In this document: positions 9,024 through 19,301 of the stretch, one piece after another
Numbering within the stretch: the stretch's first letter is position 1
How the letters are laid out: the number at the start of each line of letters is the position of its first letter
Assembly (NCBI GenBank): GCA_037137775.1
Contig: JBAXJQ010000002.1
Coordinates: 25,095-89,094 of the forward strand
Length of the DNA: 64,000 bases
From: Candidatus Falkowbacteria bacterium
Lineage (GTDB): Bacteria; Patescibacteriota; Patescibacteriia; Patescibacteriales; GWE2-39-37
Reading direction: 5' to 3'
Translations under genes and position numbers: made by a program
The notes under the pieces: model-generated
Database searches by the model: none
Seen by the model: only the letters and a program-made list of their open reading frames with translations
What the model was told of the DNA's origin: nothing

Positions 9024-11444
9024 ATGTATTTATCACGTAATTGGTTAGAAGAGTATGTAAAAATTCCCAAGACGATCAGCTCGGAAGAGCTGGCTACTCG
9101 GTTAAGCATGCACACAGTTGAAGTGGAAAAGGTTGAGGATCAGGCGAAAAAATTTGATAATGTGGTAGTGGGTAAGATTTTAACGGTATCACCGCATCCG
9201 AATTCTGATCGCCTGCAGCTAGCCGAAGTTGAGGTTGGCACCAAAAAGCCGCTGCATATCGTTTGTGGCGCACCTAACATTGCCTCAGGCCAGTTTGTGC
9301 CTGTGGCCTTGATTGGTGCTGCCTTGCCTAACGGCATGGTCATAATTGAACGAGAGGTGCGCGGTGAGGTGTCGCAAGGCATGCTCTGTGCCCCGGATGA
9401 GCTTGGCTTGGGTGATGATCATAACGGCATCTTGCTTTTAGAAAACCGTGCCAAGATCGGCCAGTCGTTTGCCAAATATTTAGGCCTTTCCGACGTGGTT
9501 TTAGAAGTTGATAATAAATCGTTATCCAATCGGCCGGATTTGTGGAGCCACCAAGGTATGGCTAGAGAAATTGCCACGTTTTTACGCGTTAAATTTAGTG
9601 GTTATACTGCTAATAAAAAAGTAGTAAACAAACCAACTAAATCGTTTGCTATTTCAGTCAAAAATGAAGCACCAGAGTTGTGCCGTCGCTATATGGCGGT
9701 CGGAATTGAAAATATTGTAATTGCCCCTTCGCCCCAATGGTTACAGCAACGGCTTATCGCTGTTGGTTCACGGCCGATTAATAATGTCGTAGATATCACC
9801 AACTACGTAATGTTCGAGTTGGGTCAGCCATTACATTCGTTTGACCAACGCAAGACTAATGAAATAGTGGTGCGACGAGCCAGGGCTAGTGAGACGCTTG
9901 AAACCCTAGATGGACAACAGCGAGCTTTAACAATCGAGATGCTAGTGATTGCCGATGCAAACAAGCCGGTTGCCGTTGCTGGAGTGATGGGCGGGGCTAA
10001 TACGGAGATCGCAGACGATACCACCGCTATTGTGTTTGAATCAGCTAATTTTGATTATGTATCGGTACGCAAGACCTCAACCGCCCTTGGTTTGCGCACG
10101 GAATCATCTATGCGCTTTGAAAAAGGACTAGACCCGCTTTTGGCGGAAACGGCCTTACTTCGCGCGGTAGAGTTGATTTTGCAACTTTGCCCAAAGGCAA
10201 AAGTAGTAACCGAGGTAATTGATTTACATGATGCGAATATTAATGAACACAAGCACGTTCACTTTACGCTCGCTTGGCTTAATCAATTTTTGGGTGCCGA
10301 TATTAAAGCCAGTCGAATCTTAGAAATACTCGATTCGCTTGGTTTTGAGGTAAAACAAAAAGGCGAGGATTTGAATGTGCAGATTCCAAGCTGGCGCGCA
10401 GTTCGTGATGTTTCAATTAAAGAAGATATTGCTGAAGAAATTGCACGTATTCATGGTTACAATGCCATTCAAGCAGCCTTACCCGAAGTGGCCATGGTGC
10501 CGGCGGAGGTGTTACCTGAACGTCAACTAGAATGGCAGCTAAAAGAATGGTTGGCCTACGGCTCGGCCTTGACCGAGGTCTATAATTATTCCTTTGTAGG
10601 TGAAGAACAATTAAAAAAATTATTTCTAGATACCAGTAGTTGTTTGCGCTTGGTTAATCCGATTGCTTCCCATCAATCATTATTACGACAAAGCTTAGCA
10701 CCTGGCTTGATTGAGGCGGTAAAAAATAATCAGCCACGATATAAAGAATTTGGGTTATTTGAAATCGGTAGTATTTATCTAGATTTACCAAGTGTCTTGC
10801 CTAAAGATAAAGAACCGGGCAATACTTTGCCATATCAGGAAAAGCGTTTGGGCATTGTACTTGCCAGCGATAATCCGGCTGATTTGTTGCGCCAAGCTAA
10901 GGGTGAAATCGAGTCGGTGTTACGACGGTTAGGTTTGTCGGCTGAATGGCGTCCGAGCGAGTTGGCAGTAAATTGGTCGGAGCCACAACTATCCGCCGAA
11001 TTAATCGTGGGCGGTAAGGCAATCGGTACCGTGGCACAGGTTAGTGCTAAGGTGGCAAAATCATACGGCTTAAAAAAATCAGCTGCTATTGTAGAATTAA
11101 GTTTGCAACAGCTTTTAGCCATTGCCCAGAAGCAGGGCAGCCTGGCGTATCAACCATTTGATCGCTTTCCACCATTGGTACGTGACTTAGCCTTTGTAGT
11201 GAACGATGCGATTTTATACGCCGATATTGTTAAAGAAATAAAGAATTATAACCAGTTAATCAAAGCAGTTGATTTGTTTGATGTCTTTAGTGGCGGTAAG
11301 TTAGGTGAAGGTAAAAAAAGCTTAGCCTTTCATGTGGTCTATCAAGCCGAACGAACACTAACGAGCGAGGAAGTAGACAAGGTGCAGGCTGGATTACTTG
11401 AGCGACTCAAAGAACGCTTCGACGCACAAATACGAGATTTTTAG
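9024..11444 (+). CDS. pheT: phenylalanine--tRNA ligase beta subunit
   Basis: N-terminal tRNA-binding OB domain (VVVGKILTVSPHPNSDRLQLAEVEVG). The B3/4, B5 and C-terminal FDX-ACB-like regions are present, and the gene follows pheS. Confidence 0.95.
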   Translation: MYLSRNWLEEYVKIPKTISSEELATRLSMHTVEVEKVEDQAKKFDNVVVGKILTVSPHPNSDRLQLAEVEVGTKKPLHIVCGAPNIASGQFVPVALIGAALPNGMVIIEREVRGEVSQGMLCAPDELGLGDDHNGILLLENRAKIGQSFAKYLGLSDVVLEVDNKSLSNRPDLWSHQGMAREIATFLRVKFSGYTANKKVVNKPTKSFAISVKNEAPELCRRYMAVGIENIVIAPSPQWLQQRLIAVGSRPINNVVDITNYVMFELGQPLHSFDQRKTNEIVVRRARASETLETLDGQQRALTIEMLVIADANKPVAVAGVMGGANTEIADDTTAIVFESANFDYVSVRKTSTALGLRTESSMRFEKGLDPLLAETALLRAVELILQLCPKAKVVTEVIDLHDANINEHKHVHFTLAWLNQFLGADIKASRILEILDSLGFEVKQKGEDLNVQIPSWRAVRDVSIKEDIAEEIARIHGYNAIQAALPEVAMVPAEVLPERQLEWQLKEWLAYGSALTEVYNYSFVGEEQLKKLFLDTSSCLRLVNPIASHQSLLRQSLAPGLIEAVKNNQPRYKEFGLFEIGSIYLDLPSVLPKDKEPGNTLPYQEKRLGIVLASDNPADLLRQAKGEIESVLRRLGLSAEWRPSELAVNWSEPQLSAELIVGGKAIGTVAQVSAKVAKSYGLKKSAAIVELSLQQLLAIAQKQGSLAYQPFDRFPPLVRDLAFVVNDAILYADIVKEIKNYNQLIKAVDLFDVFSGGKLGEGKKSLAFHVVYQAERTLTSEEVDKVQAGLLERLKERFDAQIRDF

Positions 11445-11463
11445 CCCCTTTACGCTTGCAATT

Positions 11464-12924
11464 ATGAAACAATTTTATGCTGATAAAAATTTGAACGAGG
11501 TTGCTAATGAGGTGATTAAATACATGCCCTCATTAGAGGCTTTTTATCAAAGCAAAGAAACTCTTTCCGAATATTCGAAAAGAGTTAATTTGTATAAGCC
11601 TAATAAAATACATCTAGAGCGACAATCAAGATTTAAGCAAAAGCTTAATGAAAAGATTGGACGACTGTTTACTAAACAGGAGTTATCTGACATGAAATTA
11701 AATATTAATAATGAGTGGGGAGTAATTGGTGGCATAGTCGATCATCACGGCATTTTGGATCATCCTTGGCTTTTGGCCGTCCATCTGGTTTCAAATTTTT
11801 ACAAGCTGCTTCATCGAGACACTGAGGGTGATATTTTAACTTTTGCCACCGGTAATGTGCCACTTAACGAACCTTTCCGTCGTCGAGGATTTTTGCTAAA
11901 CGGTAAAAAAATTAACCTTTTTCCTAGAAACGATAAAGACAAGGTTGTATTTGGTTTGCCTAAATATGAGTTTGATTTTGTTAACAGATTAAAAACTGAA
12001 AGTCATCAATGGCATACCTTTACCCCAAAAGAACAAGAGGTGCTAGAAAAAATTCAATCGGTAATAAAAAATATTGATTTTTCTACCTGTCAATATTTAG
12101 GCGATCAGTTAACTAAAATAAATTATTATATTTGGCCTTACCTTTTTGAAGAAAAACTACGTGGTAATGTTGCTAGGTTTGTGTCGATTGAATACGATGA
12201 TCTTGTAATAGATTATTTAGTTTATGTATTAAAGAATGAGCCAAATAGTTTTATTTTTAAAATGCTGTTTAATGATCTGTTTAGAGAAAAGGTTTTGCAG
12301 AAATTTGAAGGCGCCGTAGGTGCTTGGAATGAAGACGGAGGATCGGGTACGCATTTCTTTTGGGGTCTTGACGAAAAAAATGAACACGTTCGACTAGAAT
12401 TGCACAATAACTTTTTGGTTAGCAATGAAGATGATTTTAAGATTGAGTTATCACCTGAAGTTATTTGTGAAAAATTATTGGAAAAAAAGTTATTACCCTG
12501 CATGTTGCTTAAGTTTTCTTTAATAATTTTTTACATGGGCATGAAACCATTAGCAGGATATTCACTTGAATATTTAACTAGAATGAAACAAAAAATCGTC
12601 GAAGTTCTAAAAGAGGATTTTCCAATTGATGCAAAATTGGCAAGCTTGGTTCCATTAGACAACATGAATCTAGCTTCAATTTGCCAAGGCAGAAATGAGC
12701 ATGGAGATTTAAAAGAATTGCACGCCTTCGACATTTTTTATCGGAACGGTTTTAACGAAGAATATTTTAAAAAGCTTGATTCGCACCCATTTAATGAATT
12801 TATGGTGCCACCTCTGCTTTTTGCTTATAACTATGGGCGTAATAAATATGGCAATCAAGATAAAAAGAAAGAATTTATTATTACAGAGGCTGATTTACAA
12901 AAAAATATTGAAAAATTATTTTAG
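11464..12924 (+). CDS. hypothetical protein (487 aa), no family recognised
   Basis: Long ORF in the AT-rich island. I use the MKQFYADKN start (ATG 11464) because the longer ORF overlaps the pheT 3' end. Confidence 0.55.
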   Translation: MKQFYADKNLNEVANEVIKYMPSLEAFYQSKETLSEYSKRVNLYKPNKIHLERQSRFKQKLNEKIGRLFTKQELSDMKLNINNEWGVIGGIVDHHGILDHPWLLAVHLVSNFYKLLHRDTEGDILTFATGNVPLNEPFRRRGFLLNGKKINLFPRNDKDKVVFGLPKYEFDFVNRLKTESHQWHTFTPKEQEVLEKIQSVIKNIDFSTCQYLGDQLTKINYYIWPYLFEEKLRGNVARFVSIEYDDLVIDYLVYVLKNEPNSFIFKMLFNDLFREKVLQKFEGAVGAWNEDGGSGTHFFWGLDEKNEHVRLELHNNFLVSNEDDFKIELSPEVICEKLLEKKLLPCMLLKFSLIIFYMGMKPLAGYSLEYLTRMKQKIVEVLKEDFPIDAKLASLVPLDNMNLASICQGRNEHGDLKELHAFDIFYRNGFNEEYFKKLDSHPFNEFMVPPLLFAYNYGRNKYGNQDKKKEFIITEADLQKNIEKLF

Positions 12925-12947
12925 AATAATAATATTTAATTATACTT

Positions 12948-14018
12948 ATGGAAAAAATTTCATCACTTCACGATGATGTGTATGTGCCAAAGGCAACAGG
13001 ACATCTCGGAGAATATAAAAATTATCCTGACCGGTTTGATCCCTCAGAAAAATCTGTTATAACTCGATTGCAACAATTTGGAATTAACCCGACAGAAGTC
13101 GAAAAGGTATTTGGTAAAAATATCGCTGATTTAACTAGTGAAGAATACAATGCAGTTATGGCAGAGGTAATTAGAGGTCAATACGACGTCATAGTAGCCT
13201 CGGTTTTTGATCAATACATGTTTCCATCTCCTGAGTCACCGGATGACAACATCCGACTAAAAAAAATGTTGCAACTAATTAATCAGTTCGGTGATATGGA
13301 GGCGAGGTGCGGTGTTAATTTAGTTAAAAGCAGTAATGATTTTAAAGATAATGGTAATTTGGTTTTAAGTTTGGAAGCGGGAGCGCATCTTATTAAGTCA
13401 GTATCGGATTCAAGAAAATTAGCCGACCAGGGAATAAAAATTTTTGGCTTGCAATATGGCAAAGACAATACGTTGGTGGAGTCGGACGGTTTAACCAAGC
13501 TTGGAAATGAGGTAGTGCAAGATTTGCTGGAAAATGATTTAATTATTGATTTAGCACACACTGGATTCAAAACCAGACAAGCCGTGATGGTACTGGCTCA
13601 AGAAAAAATGAAGGGTCATTTGATTTCATATACGCACGGCAGTTCGATTGATGATTTAATTGAAAGTTGGAAGGGCAAGGTGGGTGAGAATAGATTATTA
13701 ACTCAAACGGAAATTAAAGATATTGTAAAAATGGGCGGCATGATTGGTCTTGGTGTGAGTAAGCCCTTTTTTGACAGCACCAGAAAAGTAGCTGAAAGAA
13801 TAGACAGCATCGCCCAGCTTGATAAAGGGATAGATAGTATTGCTATTGGTACTGATTTTGGCGGTGTAGCACCAGAATGGTTAAACGAAATTAAAAAACC
13901 GGAAGATTTTTATATTCTCGGGGATATTTTGTCCCGTGATTTTGGGATGAGCGATGAAGAAATTAATAAAATTGTTAGAAAAAATGCTAAAGATTGGATT
14001 AAGCGTGCAATAAAATAA
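12948..14018 (+). CDS. divergent membrane-dipeptidase-like (peptidase M19 family) metallohydrolase
   Basis: The order of motifs matches M19: LHDD (HxD), LSLEAGAH (E), IIDLAHTG (H), ISYTHGSS (H), IAIGTDFGG (D). Confidence 0.65.
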   Translation: MEKISSLHDDVYVPKATGHLGEYKNYPDRFDPSEKSVITRLQQFGINPTEVEKVFGKNIADLTSEEYNAVMAEVIRGQYDVIVASVFDQYMFPSPESPDDNIRLKKMLQLINQFGDMEARCGVNLVKSSNDFKDNGNLVLSLEAGAHLIKSVSDSRKLADQGIKIFGLQYGKDNTLVESDGLTKLGNEVVQDLLENDLIIDLAHTGFKTRQAVMVLAQEKMKGHLISYTHGSSIDDLIESWKGKVGENRLLTQTEIKDIVKMGGMIGLGVSKPFFDSTRKVAERIDSIAQLDKGIDSIAIGTDFGGVAPEWLNEIKKPEDFYILGDILSRDFGMSDEEINKIVRKNAKDWIKRAIK

Positions 14019-14036
14019 TTAATAATAAAAGGAGGT

Positions 14037-14324
14037 ATGTTTTTACTACAAAATAGCCACGATTTATTAAATCTGGCACTTACGCTGGCAGTTTTGGTTC
14101 TAGCCAGTCTTTTGGCTTGGCTCTTGGTGTATTTTATTTTGACCGCCAAAGAATTGTATCATGCTACCAAAGAGGCTCATGAAGGCGTAAAAAGCATGGG
14201 AGAGGTTATTGGCGCTTTTAGGGAAAAAATGGAGCACGGTTTTTTACTCATTACCCTTGCCACACAAGCGTTGAAGAAGGTGGTTGGAATTGTGCGGGAG
14301 AAGAAAGAAAAAAATTCAAAATAA
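14037..14324 (+). CDS. small single-pass membrane protein
   Basis: Strong SD AAGGAGG just upstream. TM segment LALTLAVLVLASLLAWLLVYFIL followed by a charged helical tail. Confidence 0.55.
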   Translation: MFLLQNSHDLLNLALTLAVLVLASLLAWLLVYFILTAKELYHATKEAHEGVKSMGEVIGAFREKMEHGFLLITLATQALKKVVGIVREKKEKNSK

Positions 14325-14336
14325 TTATTACGTTTT

Positions 14337-15659
14337 ATGAAAAAAGAATTTATAGTTATATTATTTTTTTTGTTAATTTCTCCAGTGATGACTAGAGCGG
14401 CTGTCAAAGAGTACGGTCCGTATAACGCTTGTAAAGAGCCGATAGCAGTTAAAAATGATTGGTATGCGATTTGCTATGATGATACTTCAACGTTTATTTT
14501 GAAGAATGGAGAAAAAATCGTCTCATACGATGATATAGCAAAATTATCCGTCAGCAACTCTGGACTAAAGTATATGTATCGAAAAGATTACAGAACATAT
14601 GTAAAAATTGGTACACAAGAATTTGGTCCATTTCAAGATGATCAGTATGTCCGATTAAAAACGAGCGGTGACAACTGGGCAATTGTGTATCAATCGCCCG
14701 ACAAATTAACCACTGAAGATGAAGAATTATTACGTTACTATAATATTTTTGATGCTTTTGACGCATCTCAACTATGGGAGTTAAAAGCGTTGCTAAATAC
14801 ACCAACAGATTCCGGCCTCGGTCTCGGCACATATGTTCCTATGAGTCAAAATACTAAAAAATATTTTGTTCAAACTAAAACTGGATTGTTTGGACCATTT
14901 GACTCATTTGGACCATACGGCACATTTTCTAATACTGATACCCTAGCTTCTGATGCCTATAGTAACGTAATAGTAAAAGATCAATTCGTTGGGTTTGGGT
15001 ATTTAAATAATGATCAGGGTTTTATAAACATAAACGGTAAAGATTTCAGTGGCGTGTCTTATGATAGTCTTGTTACTAATGAATCAAGTTACGCCTTTAA
15101 GCAAGCGGATAGCTTAATCTTTAACGGAAAATCATTCGGGCCATATACATTTGATAAAATTTACTTTGACGACAATGGTTTGTTTATTGTGACTGAAGGT
15201 AGTAAGGGTCAGGTCGTTGTTAAGATTGCTGATTTGAAGGCGGGTGTTGCTAATGTTAAAAGTAGTGGAACAGACAAGTCCATAACTATAATTGATAAAG
15301 GCCGAAAGCAGTATGTTAGGATTGACATGATTGAAGTTAAAAGAATGTCCGAACAGCAAGTAATCATAATAAGTGGAAAAAAACTAGGTGAATTATTAAA
15401 ATTAAATAATACAGTTAAAAATGTTGCTGCTCAAAAATCAACAATGACTAAATACACAGAACCGCTTGTTAAGGGGCAGAAAATTACCACTGAGCAAAAA
15501 TATGCCATTAATAATTTTATTGTCTATGGCACGAATTCGACTAAGAAATTAACCCAAGTCAAGCGGTATGAGGCGGTGAAGAAATTTAAGACGAAAAATA
15601 AGCGCCTCCCAACTTCGGAAAAGGATTGGAAGGCCGTGTTAGCAGCAGTTGTAAAATAG
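14337..15659 (+). CDS. secreted protein, unknown function, with a C-terminal module shared with the next gene
   Basis: Signal peptide FIVILFFLLISPVMTRA. The C-terminal ~90 aa are homologous to the N-terminal part of 15697..16620. Confidence 0.6.
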   Translation: MKKEFIVILFFLLISPVMTRAAVKEYGPYNACKEPIAVKNDWYAICYDDTSTFILKNGEKIVSYDDIAKLSVSNSGLKYMYRKDYRTYVKIGTQEFGPFQDDQYVRLKTSGDNWAIVYQSPDKLTTEDEELLRYYNIFDAFDASQLWELKALLNTPTDSGLGLGTYVPMSQNTKKYFVQTKTGLFGPFDSFGPYGTFSNTDTLASDAYSNVIVKDQFVGFGYLNNDQGFININGKDFSGVSYDSLVTNESSYAFKQADSLIFNGKSFGPYTFDKIYFDDNGLFIVTEGSKGQVVVKIADLKAGVANVKSSGTDKSITIIDKGRKQYVRIDMIEVKRMSEQQVIIISGKKLGELLKLNNTVKNVAAQKSTMTKYTEPLVKGQKITTEQKYAINNFIVYGTNSTKKLTQVKRYEAVKKFKTKNKRLPTSEKDWKAVLAAVVK

Positions 15660-15696
15660 ATGTATAAATAAATTAAATAATTATATTTTATAATTT

Positions 15697-16620
15697 ATGA
15701 AAAAAATATTAGCACTCGTTTTAATTTGTATAATTTTTCCTTTTCAAGTCTTTGGTGCGAATAATCCAAATGAAACAAAATTAATTATTGCCAGTGGCAA
15801 GGATTTATCTGGATTGTTGAATAGTATTAAAGTTAAAAGAAATGAAAAGTTACAGAAAGAAATCATGAATAAATATACTCAAGTGCTTATTGGAAAGAAA
15901 AAAATTACTCAAGAGCAAAAATATACCATAAATAATTTTATTACTTATGGTACCGGTAGTACCAAAAAATTAACAACTTTACAGCGTTCAGAAATGGTAA
16001 AAAAGTTTACTTTAAAAAATAATCGATTGCCAATATCTGAAAATGATTGGACAATAATAATAGATACAAAAGCAAGCTCTAATAAAACAGGTGCAATTAG
16101 CTCAACAGTGTATTTTAACGCTGAATACAAAATTCAATTTACTCATCCGGAAAAATGGAATGTGCTTGACCATAAACCAGGCTTGGGGAGTATTATTATA
16201 ACCCCGATAAGTTATAATGACAGAATTAGCAGTGATAAATTTAACCCTCTAGGTGTTGAAATAATTCAATTTGGAAATAATTATAAAGCGGGTGATGCGA
16301 TTAAATCTCTAGCATTAAAATACCCTAAATATATAGAAAGATTTAAAAAGGACTATACTGCTAGTGGCGCAAAATTTATTGAATCAAGGGAAGTAATTGA
16401 TGGCGTAAAAATGAATAAAATATCTGTTACAGATGGTAGTATTAAATACTATTCAACTTTAGATAGTCCACCGATATATCAAGCTGTGGGTGATGTGGAA
16501 CAATATGATTTTGTTTATAATGAAAAATTATATCGGATTTTGTTAATTTGTCCCTCTGCAAATAATGACCAAAAAGTAGTGTTAAATAAAATAATTAATA
16601 GTATAAAATTTATAAAATAG
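15697..16620 (+). CDS. secreted protein, unknown function, with an N-terminal module shared with the previous gene
   Basis: Signal peptide ILALVLICIIFPFQVFG. The module KITQEQKYTINNFITYGTGSTKKLT...NNRLPISENDW is also present in the previous gene. Confidence 0.6.
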   Translation: MKKILALVLICIIFPFQVFGANNPNETKLIIASGKDLSGLLNSIKVKRNEKLQKEIMNKYTQVLIGKKKITQEQKYTINNFITYGTGSTKKLTTLQRSEMVKKFTLKNNRLPISENDWTIIIDTKASSNKTGAISSTVYFNAEYKIQFTHPEKWNVLDHKPGLGSIIITPISYNDRISSDKFNPLGVEIIQFGNNYKAGDAIKSLALKYPKYIERFKKDYTASGAKFIESREVIDGVKMNKISVTDGSIKYYSTLDSPPIYQAVGDVEQYDFVYNEKLYRILLICPSANNDQKVVLNKIINSIKFIK

Positions 16621-16621
16621 T

Positions 16622-16665
16622 CATAAATAAAACGAGTCTCATTTACGAGCCTCGTTTTATTTATG
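16622..16665. terminator. bidirectional terminator between convergent genes
   Basis: 15-bp inverted repeat CATAAATAAAACGAG / CTCGTTTTATTTATG. Confidence 0.7.
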
Positions 16666-16673
16666 TGCGAAAT

Positions 16674-18944
16674 TTATTTTTTATACTCACAGCCCTTGGC
16701 GCTGCATTTGATGGTTTCGTTTTTATCTTCGACTAGTAAACTATCGCACTCGGGGCATTTTTCGCCAGTTGGTTTAGCGGAGAACGAGGTTTTGCAATCG
16801 GGGTACTGGTTACAGGCGTAGAAGACGCCTCGGCGACTACGTTTGGCCACGATTTCACCTTTGCCGCAGGCCGGGCAGGTAACTCCGGTATTCGAACTCT
16901 TGTCGCCAGTATCGATATTTTTTATGTTTTTACATTTGGGGTAGCCGGTGCATGCCAAGAATGGGCCGAAGCGTCCGGTTTTAATAGCCATGGGTTGGCC
17001 GCATTTCTCGCAGACCCGGTCTTTGTACTGCTCTTCAAGCGCTTTCATCTTCTCACTTTTCTCTTTATCAGCTTCTGGTTTGCCATCGGCGCTGAGTGAT
17101 TTGATGTTGCGGCACTCGGGAAAGTTGGAACAGGCTAAGAATTTGCCAAAACGGCCTGTTTTGACAATCATAGGAGAGTTGCACTTGTCGCAAATCTCCT
17201 CGGTTTTTTCTTCTGGCATAATATCCTCCTTATTAATTTCAGTATATTTAGTTTGCAAATTGGCCTCAAACGGTTCGTAGAATTCACGGATGGTTGGTTG
17301 CCACTCGCGCTCGCCCCTCGCAATCTCGTCAAAGTTTTCTTCCATCTTGGCGGTAAACTCAAAGTCCACAATTTCTGGGAAGTGGGCAACTAATAAATCA
17401 TTCACCGTAAAGGCGATGTCGGTTGGCATTAACCGCTTGCCCTCGTCGCGGGTAACGTAGTTGCGGGCTTCAATCGTAGCAATAGTAGGGGCATAGGTAG
17501 ATGGTCGGCCGATGCCGTAACGCTCAAGCACCTTTACCAAGCCAGCATCGGAATAGCGGGCGGGTGGTTTAGTAAAATGTTGCTCTGGTTTAAGCTCAAT
17601 TAAATCAAGGGTATCTTTGTCGTTTACCACTGGTAAAATAGTGTCGTTACTTTTTTCCGGATAGATTTTTAAATAGCCATCGAAGATCAAGACCTGACCA
17701 GTGGCCTTGAAAAAATGATCACCAGCTGATTTAGTTTTGGCTTCAATCTCGATTTCCGTGGCATTCACCAAAGCATCTGGCATCTGGCTGGCCAGAGAAC
17801 GTTGCCAGATGAGCTGATATAACCGGAATTGATTTTTATTCAAAGAAAGTTCGATACTTTCCGGAGTGCGCATAGCTTCGGTTGGGCGGATGGCTTCGTG
17901 CGCTTCTTGAGCCCCCTTGCTTTTGGTCTTAACTTGGCGCGGTTTTGCAAGCGCATATTTTTCGCCTAGCGTGTCGGTTAAGAATTGTTTTGACTCGCCT
18001 AAAAACTTTTCGGATAGATTAAACGAGTCGGTACGCATGTAGGTAATCAAACCAACTTGGCCTTCGCCGGTCAATTCCACACCTTCATAAAGTTGTTGTG
18101 CCAACATCATGGTTTGCTTGGCACTGAAACCGAGCCAGCGATTGGCGGTTTGTTGTAGGGACGAGGTAGTAAATGGTTTTGGTGCATTGCGTTTGGCTTG
18201 ACGTTGTTTGATATTAGCAACCTGGTAATCAGCATTTTCTAAATCAGCCACTACGGTCTTGGCGGCTTCGTCGTTTTTAAAGGCAAATTTGTCTAAGGTT
18301 TTATCGCCAATTTTATACAGTTGCGCTGGGAGAATTTCTTTTTTAGGGGTGGCGAGATTAGCGCCTATAGTCCAATATTCTTCGGTATTAAATTTTTGGA
18401 TCTCACGTTCGCGCTCCACCACCAGGCGGACGGCTACGCTTTGGACGCGACCCGCGGATAAACCTTTGACTACTTTTTTCCAGAGAAAAGGGGAGAGTTT
18501 GTAGCCAACCAAACGATCAAGTACGCGGCGGGCTTGTTGGGCATCAACCAATTGTAAATCAATTTGGCGTGGATGTTCCATCGCCTCTTTGATGGCTTTT
18601 TCTGTGATTTCATGAAAGACAATGCGCTCAACTTTTTCTGGTGTTTTTTCCAAACCTAAAGCCTGCGCCAAGTGCCAAGCAATTGCCTCTCCTTCACGGT
18701 CTTCGTCCGAAGCCAGAATGATTTTTTTAGCTTTTTCCGCAGCCTTTTTTAAACCGGTAACGGTTTTTTTGGCTTTGGTAGGAATAACGTATTTTGGTTC
18801 GAAGTTTTTTTCCAAGTCCACGCCCAAAGTGCTTTTGGGCAGATCACGAATGTGGCCAAAAGAAGAGGTAACGTTGTAGCCTTTGCCTAAAAATTTAGCA
18901 ATGGTTTTGGCTTTGGTTGGAGATTCGACGATGATTAAGTTCAT
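16674..18944 (-). CDS. topA: DNA topoisomerase I with four C-terminal zinc-ribbon repeats
   Basis: Toprim start MNLIIVESPTKAKTI, active-site motif ITYMRTDS, and four CxxC...CxxC repeats at the C-terminus. Confidence 0.95.
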   Translation of the reverse strand: MNLIIVESPTKAKTIAKFLGKGYNVTSSFGHIRDLPKSTLGVDLEKNFEPKYVIPTKAKKTVTGLKKAAEKAKKIILASDEDREGEAIAWHLAQALGLEKTPEKVERIVFHEITEKAIKEAMEHPRQIDLQLVDAQQARRVLDRLVGYKLSPFLWKKVVKGLSAGRVQSVAVRLVVEREREIQKFNTEEYWTIGANLATPKKEILPAQLYKIGDKTLDKFAFKNDEAAKTVVADLENADYQVANIKQRQAKRNAPKPFTTSSLQQTANRWLGFSAKQTMMLAQQLYEGVELTGEGQVGLITYMRTDSFNLSEKFLGESKQFLTDTLGEKYALAKPRQVKTKSKGAQEAHEAIRPTEAMRTPESIELSLNKNQFRLYQLIWQRSLASQMPDALVNATEIEIEAKTKSAGDHFFKATGQVLIFDGYLKIYPEKSNDTILPVVNDKDTLDLIELKPEQHFTKPPARYSDAGLVKVLERYGIGRPSTYAPTIATIEARNYVTRDEGKRLMPTDIAFTVNDLLVAHFPEIVDFEFTAKMEENFDEIARGEREWQPTIREFYEPFEANLQTKYTEINKEDIMPEEKTEEICDKCNSPMIVKTGRFGKFLACSNFPECRNIKSLSADGKPEADKEKSEKMKALEEQYKDRVCEKCGQPMAIKTGRFGPFLACTGYPKCKNIKNIDTGDKSSNTGVTCPACGKGEIVAKRSRRGVFYACNQYPDCKTSFSAKPTGEKCPECDSLLVEDKNETIKCSAKGCEYKK

Positions 18945-18976
18945 AATGATAGGGAAAAATTTTTCAAAAGAATAAT

Positions 18977-19285
18977 TTATTGATTTTGGAATAAAAAATT
19001 AGAACTGAGGGGAGGATTGGGCGCCTCCCACAGCGGGAAACTGTGATCAAGTATTTTCTCGTACGAGCTTGTCGACATGCATCGAAAGCGTTCGATTACT
19101 TCTCCAGAGATGATATCCCTGATTCGTAAAAGTGGCCCGATACTAAGATCGAAACGGGACATGCCGATTACTTTGCCAATGAACTGCTGATTGCCGGGGT
19201 ATTTTCGGACTACTAAATTGAATAATTTAACAGGCATGTTATCCTCCAGAAATTTGAATTGGGCCAATTCTAATTTTTTATTCAT
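18977..19285 (-). CDS. hypothetical small protein
   Basis: 102-codon ORF filling the gap between dprA and topA. No motif recognised. Confidence 0.4.
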   Translation of the reverse strand: MNKKLELAQFKFLEDNMPVKLFNLVVRKYPGNQQFIGKVIGMSRFDLSIGPLLRIRDIISGEVIERFRCMSTSSYEKILDHSFPLWEAPNPPLSSNFLFQNQ

Positions 19286-19301
19286 TTTTTAAGGTATTTT
19301 G

